A stretch of 26,662 nucleotides of DNA. It comes from Candidatus Bathyarchaeota archaeon (GTDB lineage: Archaea > Thermoproteota > Bathyarchaeia > TCS64). Location: NCBI GenBank assembly GCA_043826455.1, contig JBDRQD010000009.1, positions 1 through 26,662 on the forward strand, written 5' to 3'. The notes under the pieces were generated by a model, which saw only the letters and a list, made by a program, of their open reading frames with translations, was not told the origin of the DNA and searched no databases. The translations under genes and the position numbers were made by a program. Below are positions 26,392-26,662 of the stretch, piece by piece (position 1 is the first letter of the stretch; each line of letters starts with the position of its first letter).

Positions 26392-26662
26392 GTGGAGAAG
26401 GTACTACAGGTGGACATGGAAAAGTGCACCGGGTGCAGAACCTGCGAGGCGGCGTGCAGCCTCAAGAACACGGGCCGGGCCCAACCAGCTAGGTCTAGGA
26501 TAAAGGTCATCAGGTACGAGACGCGGGGAGAGTACCACAACTACATCCCCATGGTGTGCCAGCAGTGCACCACGCCCCTGTGCATGGAGGCGTGTCCAAC
26601 AAACGCCATCTCCCGGAGCCCTGATACGGGGGCCCTCCTGGTGGACGAGAAGGCGTGTATCG
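26392..26662 (+). CDS. 4Fe-4S polyferredoxin-type subunit of the AOR-family enzyme (runs off window end)
   Basis: Hand translation from GTG 26392: MEKVLQVDMEKCTGCRTCEAACS...PARSRIKV...CQQCTTPLCMEACPTNAI...VDEKACI. Starts 2 nt after the AOR stop. Confidence 0.92.
   Translation, partial: MEKVLQVDMEKCTGCRTCEAACSLKNTGRAQPARSRIKVIRYETRGEYHNYIPMVCQQCTTPLCMEACPTNAISRSPDTGALLVDEKACI

Noticed and set aside
1..26662. CRISPR array, IS/transposase, prophage or recognised defence system
   Set aside because: No regularly spaced repeats, terminal inverted repeats with transposase, or phage and defence motifs were found by eye.

Overview
Gene-dense, GC-rich archaeal chromosomal segment. A PolB1-type polymerase, a short helicase-less XPF, TFB, an archaellin and TATA-type promoters point to the TACK archaea, most plausibly Bathyarchaeia (inferred). 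It holds 21 well-supported CDS, one doubtful mini-ORF and one tRNA-Arg(CCG). No CRISPR array, rRNA, transposase or integrase is recognisable. Housekeeping genes are tfb, udg, argS, glnA, xpf, an RNase J-like nuclease and polB1. Peptide/amine and Mo/W redox genes are an M14 peptidase, OPT and MFS transporters, a family III CoA-transferase, agmatinase, a ModE-like regulator, MobB, a CCG-domain Fe-S protein and an AOR-family enzyme with its ferredoxin-like partner. Five signals stand out. (1) The AOR-family enzyme lacks the AOR EYE/His catalytic motifs and has a Cys at the position of the W-ligating Cys of class II benzoyl-CoA reductase BamB. (2) A degenerate 54-bp copy of the polB 3' end brackets a bacterial-looking SRPBCC gene. 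(3) ArgRS has TIGT instead of HIGH and sits 14 nt behind its cognate tRNA. (4) tfb is divergent from a Cys-rich PadR-like regulator across nested palindromes. (5) A 65-codon ORF consists only of a signal peptide and a C-terminal sorting signal. All protein assignments come from motif recognition by eye; no database searches were run.
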